The notes: generated from the sequence alone by a model not told the origin. Numbered from the stretch's first letter, positions 45,837 to 56,033 are shown. The stretch is DNA of 64,000 bases from Chitinophagales bacterium (GCA_020635975.1 JACJYT010000003.1:394655-458654); one strand, 5' to 3'. Numbers and translations: made by a program.

Positions 45837-47552
45837 TTAGTTTATTACCAACTTGTATCGATCGCCTTCGGCGCTTATCAAGAAATACAAGCCACTAGGT
45901 AGAAGTTCTAAGTACACTTGATTGAAACCAGCAGTTAATTCTAATTCTTGGTATACTGAACCAAAGAGATCTACAATTTGCACTGCTAGCGCTTTGTTGC
46001 TTTCTACTCGAATGAAATCTTTTACCGGGTTAGGATAAACGGAAGAGAAATTACTAGCATGGAGTTCGCTAATGCCAGTTGCTGTACAGTCTTTATTAAA
46101 ACTGTGTTGTGCATCGAAAATATAGGGATCTTCATTAGCTAGAATACCATTAATCCAATTGTTGGTGCTGTATTCCGTACTATCTACCAATATGCAATCT
46201 AAGTTTGGATTGTTGTGGATCCATAAATAATCGAGGTTTTCGTTGTTACCATTAGCAAGGTTCAAACTGCTTAAGATGCCATTGTGCGCATAAAGCGAAG
46301 TTAGATTGCTATTCTGACTTAAATCTAGACTAGGCATTTGTAAGTCGTGACAGAAAACACTGCTTAAATTGCTTAACATACTTAAGTCTATAGAGGTGAT
46401 ATTCGTTTCGTTGAAGGCTATATTAACCAAATTGGGTACGGTACTTAAATCAATAGAACTAATTGGGTTTTGAGCAAAGTATAAATTGAATAGGCTTGTT
46501 GAACTACCTAAGTTGAGGCTGCTTATTTGATTGTTATTACAATTAAATTGTCCAATATTCGGATTGTTACTAATGTCTAAACTGCTTAAGTTGTTATTAT
46601 AACAAACTAAGCTTTGTAAATTAACATTCTGACTTAGATCTAAACTGCTAATTTGGTTACCCACTATGATTAGATTGATTAGAGCTGTATTATTACTAAT
46701 GTCAAGAGAGCTCAGTTGGTTATTAATTGCTTCAAAGGTTTGTAATGCGGTATTCGCACTAAGATCAACACTGCTAATATTATTATAAGAGCAAACTAAA
46801 CCTTTTAGGTTAATGAATTCTTCAATACCGGTTAGGTCGCTGATGTTTAAACTGGCACAAGCAATAAAGGCATTAAAGTTGTTTGCTTCACTAACTTGAA
46901 TTTCGCTATCATTGTTGGTGTTTATTGCAGAATTGCCAACTAAATAGGCTTTAAAATTGGCATCTGGAATATTCACCACTGCTGGACCACAGTTATTGCT
47001 AAAGGAAACGCCAGCATCAAATTCAAAGCTTGGACCTGTCCAATTGTACGAACTTGTATCGGCATCATCAATTTGTATGCAGCTTAAATTTGGAGTAGAA
47101 GCTACAGCCAACAAGCTAAGATTGGCATTGTTGCCATTGGCAATGTTCAAGTAGTTTAATGGCGTATTTAAACCAACTGCTATAGAACTTAGAGCTGTAT
47201 TTGCACTAAGATCCAAACTGCTTATTGCGTTGTTTTGACAGTTAAGGGTAGTAAGAGCTAAGTTATTACTTAAGTCTAAACTAGTTAAAAATGAACTCCA
47301 GCAAACCAATCCAGTTAAGGATGTAAAAGCTTCGATACCCGTTAAATCGCCCATGTTTTGGTTAGCACAATTAATAGTGCCGGTAAAGGCTTGGGCTTCG
47401 CTTACTTGAATTTCTCCGTCATTGTTGGTATTGATGCTCGTATTTCCTACTAGATAGGCCTTGAAGCTAGCACTCGGAATGTTTACGTTTTGCGCAAAAT
47501 TTTGGCTAAAAGCAATAATAAGTACCGCTGTGAAAAGTAATTTTTTAATCAT
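45837..47552 (-). CDS. leucine-rich-repeat surface protein with a T9SS type A C-terminal sorting domain
   Basis: 571 aa with a signal peptide. It has a duplicated N-terminal module (NIPSASFKAYLVGN... and NIPDANFKAYLVGN...) and many 22-aa LRRs (LxxLDLSxNxxLxxLxCxxNxIS). The C-terminal domain reads VYPNPVKDFIRVE...LPSGLYFLIS. Confidence 0.75.
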   Translation of the reverse strand: MIKKLLFTAVLIIAFSQNFAQNVNIPSASFKAYLVGNTSINTNNDGEIQVSEAQAFTGTINCANQNMGDLTGIEAFTSLTGLVCWSSFLTSLDLSNNLALTTLNCQNNAISSLDLSANTALSSIAVGLNTPLNYLNIANGNNANLSLLAVASTPNLSCIQIDDADTSSYNWTGPSFEFDAGVSFSNNCGPAVVNIPDANFKAYLVGNSAINTNNDSEIQVSEANNFNAFIACASLNISDLTGIEEFINLKGLVCSYNNISSVDLSANTALQTFEAINNQLSSLDISNNTALINLIIVGNQISSLDLSQNVNLQSLVCYNNNLSSLDISNNPNIGQFNCNNNQISSLNLGSSTSLFNLYFAQNPISSIDLSTVPNLVNIAFNETNITSIDLSMLSNLSSVFCHDLQMPSLDLSQNSNLTSLYAHNGILSSLNLANGNNENLDYLWIHNNPNLDCILVDSTEYSTNNWINGILANEDPYIFDAQHSFNKDCTATGISELHASNFSSVYPNPVKDFIRVESNKALAVQIVDLFGSVYQELELTAGFNQVYLELLPSGLYFLISAEGDRYKLVIN

Positions 47553-47618
47553 CTTTTTAAGTTTTAAGTTTCTTTAATACTGCAAAGGAAGTTGACTAAG
47601 TTGAGATATCTAGTCACT

Positions 47619-47652
47619 AGTTTGTGAGTGGCACAATTAAGTTTGTGAGTGG
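47619..47652. promoter_or_regulatory. 13-bp perfect direct repeat AGTTTGTGAGTGG x2 with a 21-bp period, upstream of the LRR gene
   Basis: Copies at 47619-47631 and 47640-47652, which is 67-100 nt upstream of the LRR gene ATG (47552, minus strand). Confidence 0.3.
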
Positions 47653-47687
47653 TATTTTAAATTAAGCTTCTAAGAGAATTCTAAGAA

Positions 47688-48923
47688 TCAAGCTTTAAGT
47701 AAAGCACTTAAGCGTTGCACTAAGGGAGGGTGGGAGTAGTGCACAAAAGTGTAAATTTTATTGGGAGTAAGGTTGCTTAAATGGTTTACCGATAATTTCT
47801 TTAAAGCACTTATCAGACTTTCGGCTTGATAGGTTTTCTTTGCAAAAGCATCTGCTTCGAATTCGTTCTTTCTAGAATACATGTTCATGGCAATGCCAGT
47901 AAGTAAAGAAATTGGAGAATACAGCATCGAGAAGCCAAGTAATGCAATATGAAAGCTAATGGCATTGGTGCCTAGAGCATTGGCAAGAGCCTCACTATGG
48001 GCCAAAGTTCCAAAGATAAAAAGTAAAACCCCAGTTTGTACAATGGATAGTAGCATAGACTTCTGCACGTGTTTCATCTTATAATGACCTACTTCATGCG
48101 CTAGAATGGCCGTCAATTCTTCTTCTGTATTATCTTTCATTAAGGTATCGTAAAGCACGATGGCCTTTTTCTTGCCAATTCCACTAAAGTAGGCATTAGC
48201 TTTACTTGAACGCTTAGAGCCATCAATTACGAAGATATTGGTAAGGGGAAAATCAACGGTCTTAGCATAAGCTTCAATAGAGCTTCGTAAACTCCCTTCT
48301 TCTAGGGCTTCTAATTTATTAAATAGGGGAACGATAAGCGTGGTATAGAAACTCATAAAGAACAAACTAAAGCCAGTTACAATAAGCCAAGCAATCCACC
48401 AAAACTTATCTGGCATTAAATGGAAGACCCAAACGAGAGCACTTAGTAGGAGTCCACCAATTAGAGCACCCAAAGCCAAACCCTTTAAAAAATCGAAGAT
48501 AAAGGTCGACTTGCTCGTTTTATTAAAACCATATTTCTCTTCGATAACAAAGGTGCTATACCAAGAGAAAGGTAATTGAATAAGGCTACTAGCTAAAGAA
48601 AGTATGCCGAAGAAATAGAGACTTTGCAGAATAGGGGAGCTTGTCCATTCGTGAACTAGCTTATCTAAACTAGCAAAGCCTTGTGCGAACAACATCACTA
48701 AAAGAATGAGTAAACTTAGTACTGCAGATGTTAAGCCTAGCTTAGCATTTGCTTTGGCATAGGCTTTTGCCTTTTGATACTTCTCTTCATCGTAAAGATC
48801 ACGAACTAAATCGGGTAATTTCGTATCCCAAGATTTTGCATTTAAAAAGTCAAGAACTTTGTCGAAAACGAATTCAACAAGAATAAATGCCACAATCAAA
48901 ATAAAGATGCTATCGCCGCTCAT
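47688..48923 (-). CDS. M48-family (Ste24/HtpX-like) membrane zinc metallopeptidase
   Basis: 411 aa, multi-TM, with HEVGHYKMKH (HExxH). It lies 6 nt downstream of the giant metzincin gene. Confidence 0.85.
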   Translation of the reverse strand: MSGDSIFILIVAFILVEFVFDKVLDFLNAKSWDTKLPDLVRDLYDEEKYQKAKAYAKANAKLGLTSAVLSLLILLVMLFAQGFASLDKLVHEWTSSPILQSLYFFGILSLASSLIQLPFSWYSTFVIEEKYGFNKTSKSTFIFDFLKGLALGALIGGLLLSALVWVFHLMPDKFWWIAWLIVTGFSLFFMSFYTTLIVPLFNKLEALEEGSLRSSIEAYAKTVDFPLTNIFVIDGSKRSSKANAYFSGIGKKKAIVLYDTLMKDNTEEELTAILAHEVGHYKMKHVQKSMLLSIVQTGVLLFIFGTLAHSEALANALGTNAISFHIALLGFSMLYSPISLLTGIAMNMYSRKNEFEADAFAKKTYQAESLISALKKLSVNHLSNLTPNKIYTFVHYSHPPLVQRLSALLKA

Positions 48924-48929
48924 AAATTT

Positions 48930-51900
48930 TTAGTCTTTTATTAGCTTTAAAATACTAGAACCTTGCTTAGATCGGATGTCGAGCAAGTAAAGTCCTTGAC
49001 TCGCATTTAGATTAATTTCCATAGCGCTTGCTTGATCCGCATACTGAGCTTGTATTAATTTTCCTTCCACCGTGTAGATTCTAAGTTCTAAATCTTCTAG
49101 GCTTAAGCTAAAATTCAAATAAAAAGTTCCAGATGAGGGGTTAGGGTAAACGCTAATGTAAGGAGCTAAATCATTTTCCTTTATACCAATAACCGTAAGC
49201 GGTACACAAGACGAAAGTTCTACACAGCCTCCTAAACTTATTTCAACAGCGTATAAACCACTTGCACTTGTAATAAACAAAGAATCAGTTTCTCCTAAAA
49301 GTTCTAAATTACTGTTGCAATCTATCCATTGGTAGGTGGCTCCAAGCTGATTAGCCAGAGCGGTATCATTAAACACCGTTAGACTAGTATCTATACTAAT
49401 TACATTCAGATTAATAATGTGGGTGCTATCACAAAAGTTGCTTCCGCTAAAAGTTGCGCTAAGCTGTTGTGAACTTGTATATACTTGTCCATTATAACTT
49501 AGTGAATCGCAGCCACTTAGACTTTGGTAAGTAGTAGTATCGGTTCCAATGAATACATTAGAAATATGGGTAGAATCGCAACCATTAGCAGCTACAAAAC
49601 TATTACTAAAACTAGTAGAGGAGAAGTACCAAGAACCGTTTAATTCTAGAGAATCGCAGCCATAAATGCTCTGTGAAGTGGTAAAACTAGGAAGTAAGCT
49701 AGTTGTTGTAATTACCAGCGAATCGCAGCCGTTTGCATTAGAATAAAGCTGGGTGGTGGTTCCTACATTATTTGGATCACAGCTGCTTAAATAGATTTGA
49801 TTTGGACTAGAACTATTCGATATACTCAAATGGAAGGTATGTGTAGAATCACAGCCATTTTGAGCACCATAATTTATACTTATTGCTTGAGAATTATAAT
49901 ACCAAGAACCAGCTATGAATGCAGAATCGCAAGTTGCGAGGTTACTAGAAGTAACAAAGCTGCTATTAATTTGAATGTTAAAGGTATGGGTAGAATCGCA
50001 GCCCAAACTATTAATATAGCTTTGGCTAATACTTTGAGAGCTATAATACCAATTTCCTAGTACGAAAGCCGAGTCGCAAGCAACTACCGCACTGCTACTC
50101 GTTTCACTAGCATGAATAGTAAGATTATAGGTAACCACAGAATCACAGCCGTTGGCAGCTACAAAGTTGTTGGTGAAGCTAGTTGTGTTAAAATACCAGT
50201 TTCCTAGAACTTGTAAAGAATCGCAGCCAACTTGGTTTTGCATAGAACTTGAGCTTGGTGAAAGTGTAGTGGTGGTAATTACTATCGAATCGCAACCCAC
50301 ACTGTTAATGAACAATTGGGTTATGCTTCCTACATTAGCAGGATTACAGCTTGTTGCGGCTAAATTGGTGACAGGGGAACTTTGGTTTATCACGAGGTTG
50401 ATGGTGTGAATAGAATCGCAGCCCCCAACCGCACTAAGCGTAGTTGTAATGGCCTGAGAGCTACTATACCATGCTCCCAGTACGAAGGCAGAATCGCAAC
50501 TCACCAAGCTAGAGCTAGTATTAATGGCAGGGTTAATTTGAATGTTGAAAGTGTGGGTAGAATCGCAGCCTGCACTGCTGTTGTAACTCTGGCTGATGGC
50601 TTGCGAACTCGTGTACCAATTGCCAGCCACAAAAGCGGAATCGCAAGAAGCAACTACACTAGAACTCGTTTTGCTTGGGTTTACTTGGATTTGAAAAGTT
50701 GCCAAAGAATCGCAGTTGTTAGCTGCTACGTAGGTATTCGTAAAACTAGTAGAACTATTATACCAATTGCCTAGTACTTGCACAGAATCGCAGCCAATAA
50801 AACTCTGTGTGCTGCTAGCACTTGGCAGTAAACTAGTTATAGTAGTTACCACAGAATCGCATCCATTGGCGTTAAGAAAGGTTTGGCTACTAGAACCAAC
50901 TTGGTTTGGATTACAAGTTGTTAAGTTGATTTGTGTTGGAGTAGAACTTTGCTTGATGCTTAAATTAATAGTGTGGATAGAATCACAATTATTACTAGCA
51001 GTAAAGTTACTCGAAATTGCTTGCGAACTAAAGTACCAGTTGCCATACACAAAGGCCGAATCACAAGCCGTTTGGTTGCTGCTTGCACTAAGTCCATGGT
51101 TTATGGTAATATTTATAGTGTGAGTAGAATCACAGGATGCATTGGTGCTTAAGTTTTGAATCAGAGCTTGAGAGCTAGTATACCAAGTTCCTGCAACTTG
51201 AACCGAATCGCAAGCTACTAGTGTGCTACTGGTGTTTTTCGATGAGTTAATAGTAATGCTATATACCATAATAGAATCGCAGCCTGCAGCAGCGCTTAGT
51301 GTATCGTAAGCTAATGTGCTGCTATAGTACCATTGCCCATTGCTAAAAGCGGAATCACAGCCAGCCACAAAAACACTATCGAAACTAGTTTGACAAGGAG
51401 GAGCGCTAAGGCAAATTTCTATAGCCCATGCGTTTAAATTTCCTCCATCTTGATTGGCAACATCTTGTATGGTTAAAGTCCAAGTTCCATTAGCATCTTC
51501 TCCATTAAAAGCACTTAAGGCTTCCTCTGGGATATAGCTGGCACCATTGGTTGGCGGACAAGGGTAGTTGTTGTTTGCGGCGGCATCATCAAATTGGATG
51601 TCGAAATTGTTTTGACTGCCACAAATTCTATCTAAAAGAATTACATCGGTACCATTCGGACTGCTTAGGGTGAAAATCAAATCGTTGATATAGGTATGTG
51701 TACCACTTAAATCGACCACATTAAGGTCGGTAATAATACCTTGTAAACCGCTAATCGTTAAATCTGAAGTGATAGTTGGTGTTCCAGAACTACTTATACT
51801 AACCGGAATGTCGGTGCTTGCGTATACAGCACAATTTTCGGTAGTGAAACTAAATACAGCGCTAAACATTTCATCGCAAATGTTTGAAGCTCTTACTCGC

Positions 51901-54425
51901 CAATAATAGCTGGTGTTAGTATTTAAGCTGGTGCTGGTGTAGCTGTTGCTGCTTAAGCCACTAGCAGTTTCTACGATGTTAGTAAAGTTTGCTGTAGTAG
52001 ATATTTCAATTTCATAGTTGGCATTTGCAATATTTGTCCACGAGAAGTTCGTCGCTACAGGAATACCACTCGCCCCATTGCTTGGACTCGTTAAATTTAG
52101 AGCACCACTCAAACTAGGAACAATAGTTAAGCTGAAATTTAAAGTTTTGCTTCCGCTAGTACTTGTTGCTTGTACGCTGAAATTATAGGTGCCTGGTGCG
52201 ATCCCCCCAGTATTTGTTAGCTCTAGCTCAGAATTAAAGCTTGGTGGATTTCCATTAGCTGAAAAACTGGCATTTAGTCCAGCTGGCAATGCGCTTACAC
52301 TTAGATTTACATTATTATTAAAAGTACCAATTAGACCGATTTGAAGGCTGTATCTTGCGGTATCACCCAAACAAATGGAATTGGCGGAAGAAGAGCTTGT
52401 AAAGCTAAAATCATTAGTGATGGCAGTTATCGTAAAACTATTGTTGCTTACATCATAAAAAGTTCCGTTGGCACATTGCACAATAATTAGAGCATTATTA
52501 GTGGCAATATTTGGCACAAGTACACTTTGACTACCATCGTTACTTACATTGCTAGCAAGGGTATCGGGGAAACTTAAGCCGCCATTGTAGGATATCAGAA
52601 TGTTTACATTAGCACAGCTAATTGGGGCAGCGGTGGTGTTGGCTACGCTCCAAGTTACCGTTTGAGTTGAATTTCCAGCCCATGTTATTCCTATGTTACT
52701 CGGCGAATTTACCACAAAAGGTCCGGCACTTCCTACTACATTCACGCTTACATCTTCGTGGTCGTTGCATCCACCTCCAGGCGAATTATCTCTTACCACC
52801 ACTCTAAAATTCATGCTTCGGCTAACGGATGACAACACTTCCCAAGTAGGCGAATTGCCTGCAATAACATCTGCTAAGTTAGGAAAGTAACGCGTTGGAT
52901 CAGTACTTGGGTCCAAACTACGAAAGTTGGGTCCAACTGTAGAGGTAGAAACTGGTGGCATAGTTGCTATGCCGTTATCCATCTGTTCCCAACAATAGGT
53001 AAGCACATTGCTTGCATTTGGATCACTTCCAAAAGCAGTTAAGCTAAATGGGGTATTTGCTGGAATAGAATAAGTGGTAGCTGGAACGCTAACGCTAGGC
53101 GAGGCATTAGGAAGCGGTGTTTTTACTGCACAAGAGTTGCCTGTTCCGGTAATAAAATCGCCCATTTCTTCCATATTAATACCGTGAAAATAATCATCGC
53201 TATTGTTTTGAACATTCGGGTTACAAATTCCAGCATAGCCCATAATAGAAGATGCGCTACCTGGTTCCATGGCTGTTGCATTGTTTCTATTTCCACCACA
53301 GGAATTGTTAAAAGAGTGATTTGCGCCATATTGATGCCCCATTTCGTGGGCTACATAATCGATGTCAAAGGGGTCTCCTACAGGAGCAGAACTTCCAGTT
53401 ACTCCTCTAGCCTTGTTCGTTCCACATGGGGAACGCAATTGGGCAAGACCACCGCTATTCGTACCAAAAACATGTCCAATATCATAGTTAGCACTGCCTA
53501 TTACTGCATTGGTATTCGTTTGGTTTTCATTTATCATGGTTCCTGGAGTACCATTAGTAAAAGGGTCAGTACCGCCATTAGTATAAATAATTAAGTTGTT
53601 ATTGGCTATGATGTTCATGTGAATGGCCATGTCTTTTTCGAATACTCCATTCACTCTATTCATCGTGGTTACTTGAGCCGCTGCAGCCAATGCTACGGTT
53701 CCACCTTGAAAGGCTGTATATTCTCCTGTGGCAGAAACTGCTAAACGATAAGTTCTTAATTCGCAGGTTCCAAAACTCTTAATAATGCTTGGGGGGCTGG
53801 TTTCTTCCACCTCGTTAATGATGCTTTCTACTTCGCAAACCATTTGTTCATTTGCTCTTTGATAATCTTTCTTGTAATAAACAAAATAGTTTTCTGTGTC
53901 TAAACCCGTATGCGATACTGGGTCTATATACACAGAGCCTTTTTCCGTACCTAATATCAAGGCATGAAATCCTTGAGGCGTAATGTCTAAACGAGTATAC
54001 CATTCCGGATGGTTAGGGCAATAGGCTAAGAAGGTTTTGATGTCTGGAAAGATCTCTCTAAATCCCAATTCATAACTCGGTGATTCTACCACCTTGAAGT
54101 TCTCAAAAGAGCCATCTGGTAGAGGAAGGGCAATTTCAAAAGAGCTGGAAGTAACATTGCCGAATAAATCTTGCATGGGTGCTGCAAAGAGATAAGATTT
54201 CATTTGCAAATAATCCAAATTATAAACTTCAAAGGAGTTGGGGTAGATATACCTTGGTCCATTAATTACAATGCTATTCAAATTGCTTTGAGTCCAATAT
54301 TGATTTTGGGCGGAAAGACTAAATAAAAAGAAAAGTTGCGCTAGAGCTAGTAATTTTAATTTCACACAATTTGGTTTGGCTGCTAAAGGTACAGAAGATT
54401 TAAAAAAAGAATAAACATTGAACAT
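48930..54425 (-). CDS. giant secreted reprolysin/metzincin-like zinc metalloprotease with a proprotein-convertase P-domain, a Cys-Asp-Ser repeat array and a T9SS type A C-terminal sorting domain
   Basis: 1831 aa. HEMGHQYGANH (HExxHxxGxxH). P-domain-like THTYINDLIFTLSSPNGT...GEDANGTWTLTIQD. There are 25 CDS tripeptide motifs in 669 aa. The C-terminal domain reads VYPNPSSGTFYLNF...GLYLLDI. Confidence 0.85.
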   Translation of the reverse strand: MFNVYSFFKSSVPLAAKPNCVKLKLLALAQLFFLFSLSAQNQYWTQSNLNSIVINGPRYIYPNSFEVYNLDYLQMKSYLFAAPMQDLFGNVTSSSFEIALPLPDGSFENFKVVESPSYELGFREIFPDIKTFLAYCPNHPEWYTRLDITPQGFHALILGTEKGSVYIDPVSHTGLDTENYFVYYKKDYQRANEQMVCEVESIINEVEETSPPSIIKSFGTCELRTYRLAVSATGEYTAFQGGTVALAAAAQVTTMNRVNGVFEKDMAIHMNIIANNNLIIYTNGGTDPFTNGTPGTMINENQTNTNAVIGSANYDIGHVFGTNSGGLAQLRSPCGTNKARGVTGSSAPVGDPFDIDYVAHEMGHQYGANHSFNNSCGGNRNNATAMEPGSASSIMGYAGICNPNVQNNSDDYFHGINMEEMGDFITGTGNSCAVKTPLPNASPSVSVPATTYSIPANTPFSLTAFGSDPNASNVLTYCWEQMDNGIATMPPVSTSTVGPNFRSLDPSTDPTRYFPNLADVIAGNSPTWEVLSSVSRSMNFRVVVRDNSPGGGCNDHEDVSVNVVGSAGPFVVNSPSNIGITWAGNSTQTVTWSVANTTAAPISCANVNILISYNGGLSFPDTLASNVSNDGSQSVLVPNIATNNALIIVQCANGTFYDVSNNSFTITAITNDFSFTSSSSANSICLGDTARYSLQIGLIGTFNNNVNLSVSALPAGLNASFSANGNPPSFNSELELTNTGGIAPGTYNFSVQATSTSGSKTLNFSLTIVPSLSGALNLTSPSNGASGIPVATNFSWTNIANANYEIEISTTANFTNIVETASGLSSNSYTSTSLNTNTSYYWRVRASNICDEMFSAVFSFTTENCAVYASTDIPVSISSSGTPTITSDLTISGLQGIITDLNVVDLSGTHTYINDLIFTLSSPNGTDVILLDRICGSQNNFDIQFDDAAANNNYPCPPTNGASYIPEEALSAFNGEDANGTWTLTIQDVANQDGGNLNAWAIEICLSAPPCQTSFDSVFVAGCDSAFSNGQWYYSSTLAYDTLSAAAGCDSIMVYSITINSSKNTSSTLVACDSVQVAGTWYTSSQALIQNLSTNASCDSTHTINITINHGLSASSNQTACDSAFVYGNWYFSSQAISSNFTASNNCDSIHTINLSIKQSSTPTQINLTTCNPNQVGSSSQTFLNANGCDSVVTTITSLLPSASSTQSFIGCDSVQVLGNWYNSSTSFTNTYVAANNCDSLATFQIQVNPSKTSSSVVASCDSAFVAGNWYTSSQAISQSYNSSAGCDSTHTFNIQINPAINTSSSLVSCDSAFVLGAWYSSSQAITTTLSAVGGCDSIHTINLVINQSSPVTNLAATSCNPANVGSITQLFINSVGCDSIVITTTTLSPSSSSMQNQVGCDSLQVLGNWYFNTTSFTNNFVAANGCDSVVTYNLTIHASETSSSAVVACDSAFVLGNWYYSSQSISQSYINSLGCDSTHTFNIQINSSFVTSSNLATCDSAFIAGSWYYNSQAISINYGAQNGCDSTHTFHLSISNSSSPNQIYLSSCDPNNVGTTTQLYSNANGCDSLVITTTSLLPSFTTSQSIYGCDSLELNGSWYFSSTSFSNSFVAANGCDSTHISNVFIGTDTTTYQSLSGCDSLSYNGQVYTSSQQLSATFSGSNFCDSTHIINLNVISIDTSLTVFNDTALANQLGATYQWIDCNSNLELLGETDSLFITSASGLYAVEISLGGCVELSSCVPLTVIGIKENDLAPYISVYPNPSSGTFYLNFSLSLEDLELRIYTVEGKLIQAQYADQASAMEINLNASQGLYLLDIRSKQGSSILKLIKD
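49389..51395 (-). repeat. coding repeat array: ~47-aa two-Cys modules arranged in a 189-aa (567-bp) higher-order repeat, about 3 copies
   Basis: CNPNQVG, CNPANVG and CDPNNVG recur exactly 189 residues apart. CDSAFV.GNWY.SSQAIS modules also recur with the same period. Confidence 0.8.
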
Positions 54426-54463
54426 GCTATTTTGTTCGCTTGAGAAATTCCATAAATTCTCTT

Positions 54464-54471
54464 TACATTTG
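54464..54471 (+). promoter_or_regulatory. -7 promoter box TACATTTG 5 nt upstream of the GH3-like gene ATG
   Basis: Exact TAnnTTTG match. The ATG is at 54477, which implies a leaderless or near-leaderless mRNA. Confidence 0.4.
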
Positions 54472-54476
54472 AAGGG

Positions 54477-55982
54477 ATGAGAATTTTATCCTTCTTTATA
54501 CGGCCTCTTGCTAAGATAGTTACAAATCTAATATATAGTAAGCATGCAAAAGCTACTGATATACAATTAGATATATTAAGTCAATTAATACAAAACTCTA
54601 AACACATTTCTTTCGGAAAAGATCATGGTTTTGATACTATTAGAACTTATGATGATTTTAAAAAGAAGCTAAAACTTCAGGATTATGAAAGTTTAAAAAA
54701 GTACATTGATCGATGTCGAAAGGGAGAAAAGGATGTTTTGTGGAAAGGCAAAGTCTTGTATTTTGCCAAAACTTCTGGCACAAGTTCGGGTTCTAAATAC
54801 ATTCCTATAAGTCGCGATTCTATGTCGCACCACATTAGTGCTGCCCGAAATTCCTTGTTTGCTTACATCGCAGAAACTGGGAAAGCGGATTTCTTTAATC
54901 GAAAGATGATCTTTCTTCAGGGAAGTCCAGTAATGGATCAAGAACATGGTATTCCAATCGGGCGTTTATCGGGCATTGTTTACCACCATGTTCCTGCATG
55001 GTTGCTAAGCAATAGACTTCCGAGCTATAAAGCCAATTGCATAGAAGACTGGGATGAAAAAGTGGCTAAAATAGTGGATGAAAGCTTAAGAGAAGATATG
55101 AGCTTGCTAAGTGGTATCCCTCCTTGGTGTTTGATGTATTTTCAATCTTTGCTTAAGAAATCGGCTAAAGAAAACTTGAGGGCTCTCTATCCTAATTTAC
55201 AATTATACGTACATGGTGGTGTTAACTATGCGCCATATAAAGATCGGATGTCACAACTCTTGGGAGAAGGAGTGGATACCATAGAGACTTATCCAGCATC
55301 CGAAGGTTTTTTTGCTTATCAGGATAGTCAACAGGAAGAAGGCTTGCTTTTAAATATAGATGCCGGAATCTTTTATGAGTTTGTAGCACTAAGAGATTGG
55401 CACACAGAAAACCCACCTCGTTTGCATCTTGGCGAGGTGCGCTTAAATGAAAATTATGTTTTGATAGTTAGCACCAACGCGGGTTTGTGGGCATATAATA
55501 CTGGAGATACTGTGAAATTTGTTCATTTAAATCCATATCGGATAGTGGTAAGCGGAAGGACTAAGCACTTCATTTCAGCTTTTGGCGAACACGTTATTCA
55601 AGAAGAAGTAGAAAAGGCCATTAGCCTAGCCTCTACAAAGCATCATTTAGAGTTTGTAGAGTTTACTGTAGCTCCCAATATTCAAGAGGAGAAGGGGAAG
55701 TCATGTCATCTTTGGTACATAGAGTTTAAGCATCAAGACGGCAAAGATAGAGCAGCTTTTATGCAGGACATAGATGCGCTTATGCAAGAGCAAAATGAAT
55801 ATTACAGAGATCTTAGAGAAGGGGGGATGCTAGCCCCAGCAACTTTAATAGAGTTGAGTGCAAATGCTTTTCGTTCTTACTTTGAGGAGAGTGGCAAGCT
55901 AGGCGGACAGAATAAAGTGCAGCATTTGGCAAACGACAGAATTTTAGCAGATAAGCTAGAAGTATATGTGAAAAAGGGTTAA
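54477..55982 (+). CDS. GH3-family (acyl-acid amido synthetase-like) protein
   Basis: 501 aa. FAKTSGTSSGSKYIPIS and YPASEGFFAYQD are characteristic of bacterial GH3 homologues. Confidence 0.75.
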   Translation: MRILSFFIRPLAKIVTNLIYSKHAKATDIQLDILSQLIQNSKHISFGKDHGFDTIRTYDDFKKKLKLQDYESLKKYIDRCRKGEKDVLWKGKVLYFAKTSGTSSGSKYIPISRDSMSHHISAARNSLFAYIAETGKADFFNRKMIFLQGSPVMDQEHGIPIGRLSGIVYHHVPAWLLSNRLPSYKANCIEDWDEKVAKIVDESLREDMSLLSGIPPWCLMYFQSLLKKSAKENLRALYPNLQLYVHGGVNYAPYKDRMSQLLGEGVDTIETYPASEGFFAYQDSQQEEGLLLNIDAGIFYEFVALRDWHTENPPRLHLGEVRLNENYVLIVSTNAGLWAYNTGDTVKFVHLNPYRIVVSGRTKHFISAFGEHVIQEEVEKAISLASTKHHLEFVEFTVAPNIQEEKGKSCHLWYIEFKHQDGKDRAAFMQDIDALMQEQNEYYRDLREGGMLAPATLIELSANAFRSYFEESGKLGGQNKVQHLANDRILADKLEVYVKKG

Positions 55983-56033
55983 TTCTGATTTTTATTGCTC
56001 AAATTTTCGTAATCTTGCGCTTTAATTTTTTTG

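Noticed and set aside
49797-53594. Plus-strand ORFs of 61-136 aa inside the giant metalloprotease gene (49797..50060, 50152..50409, 50382..50774, 50767..51123, 52622..52890, 53184..53594).
   Set aside because: They are antisense to a continuous 1831-codon ORF that has clear protease, P-domain and T9SS motifs. The antisense products are repetitive mirror images of the CDS repeat modules.
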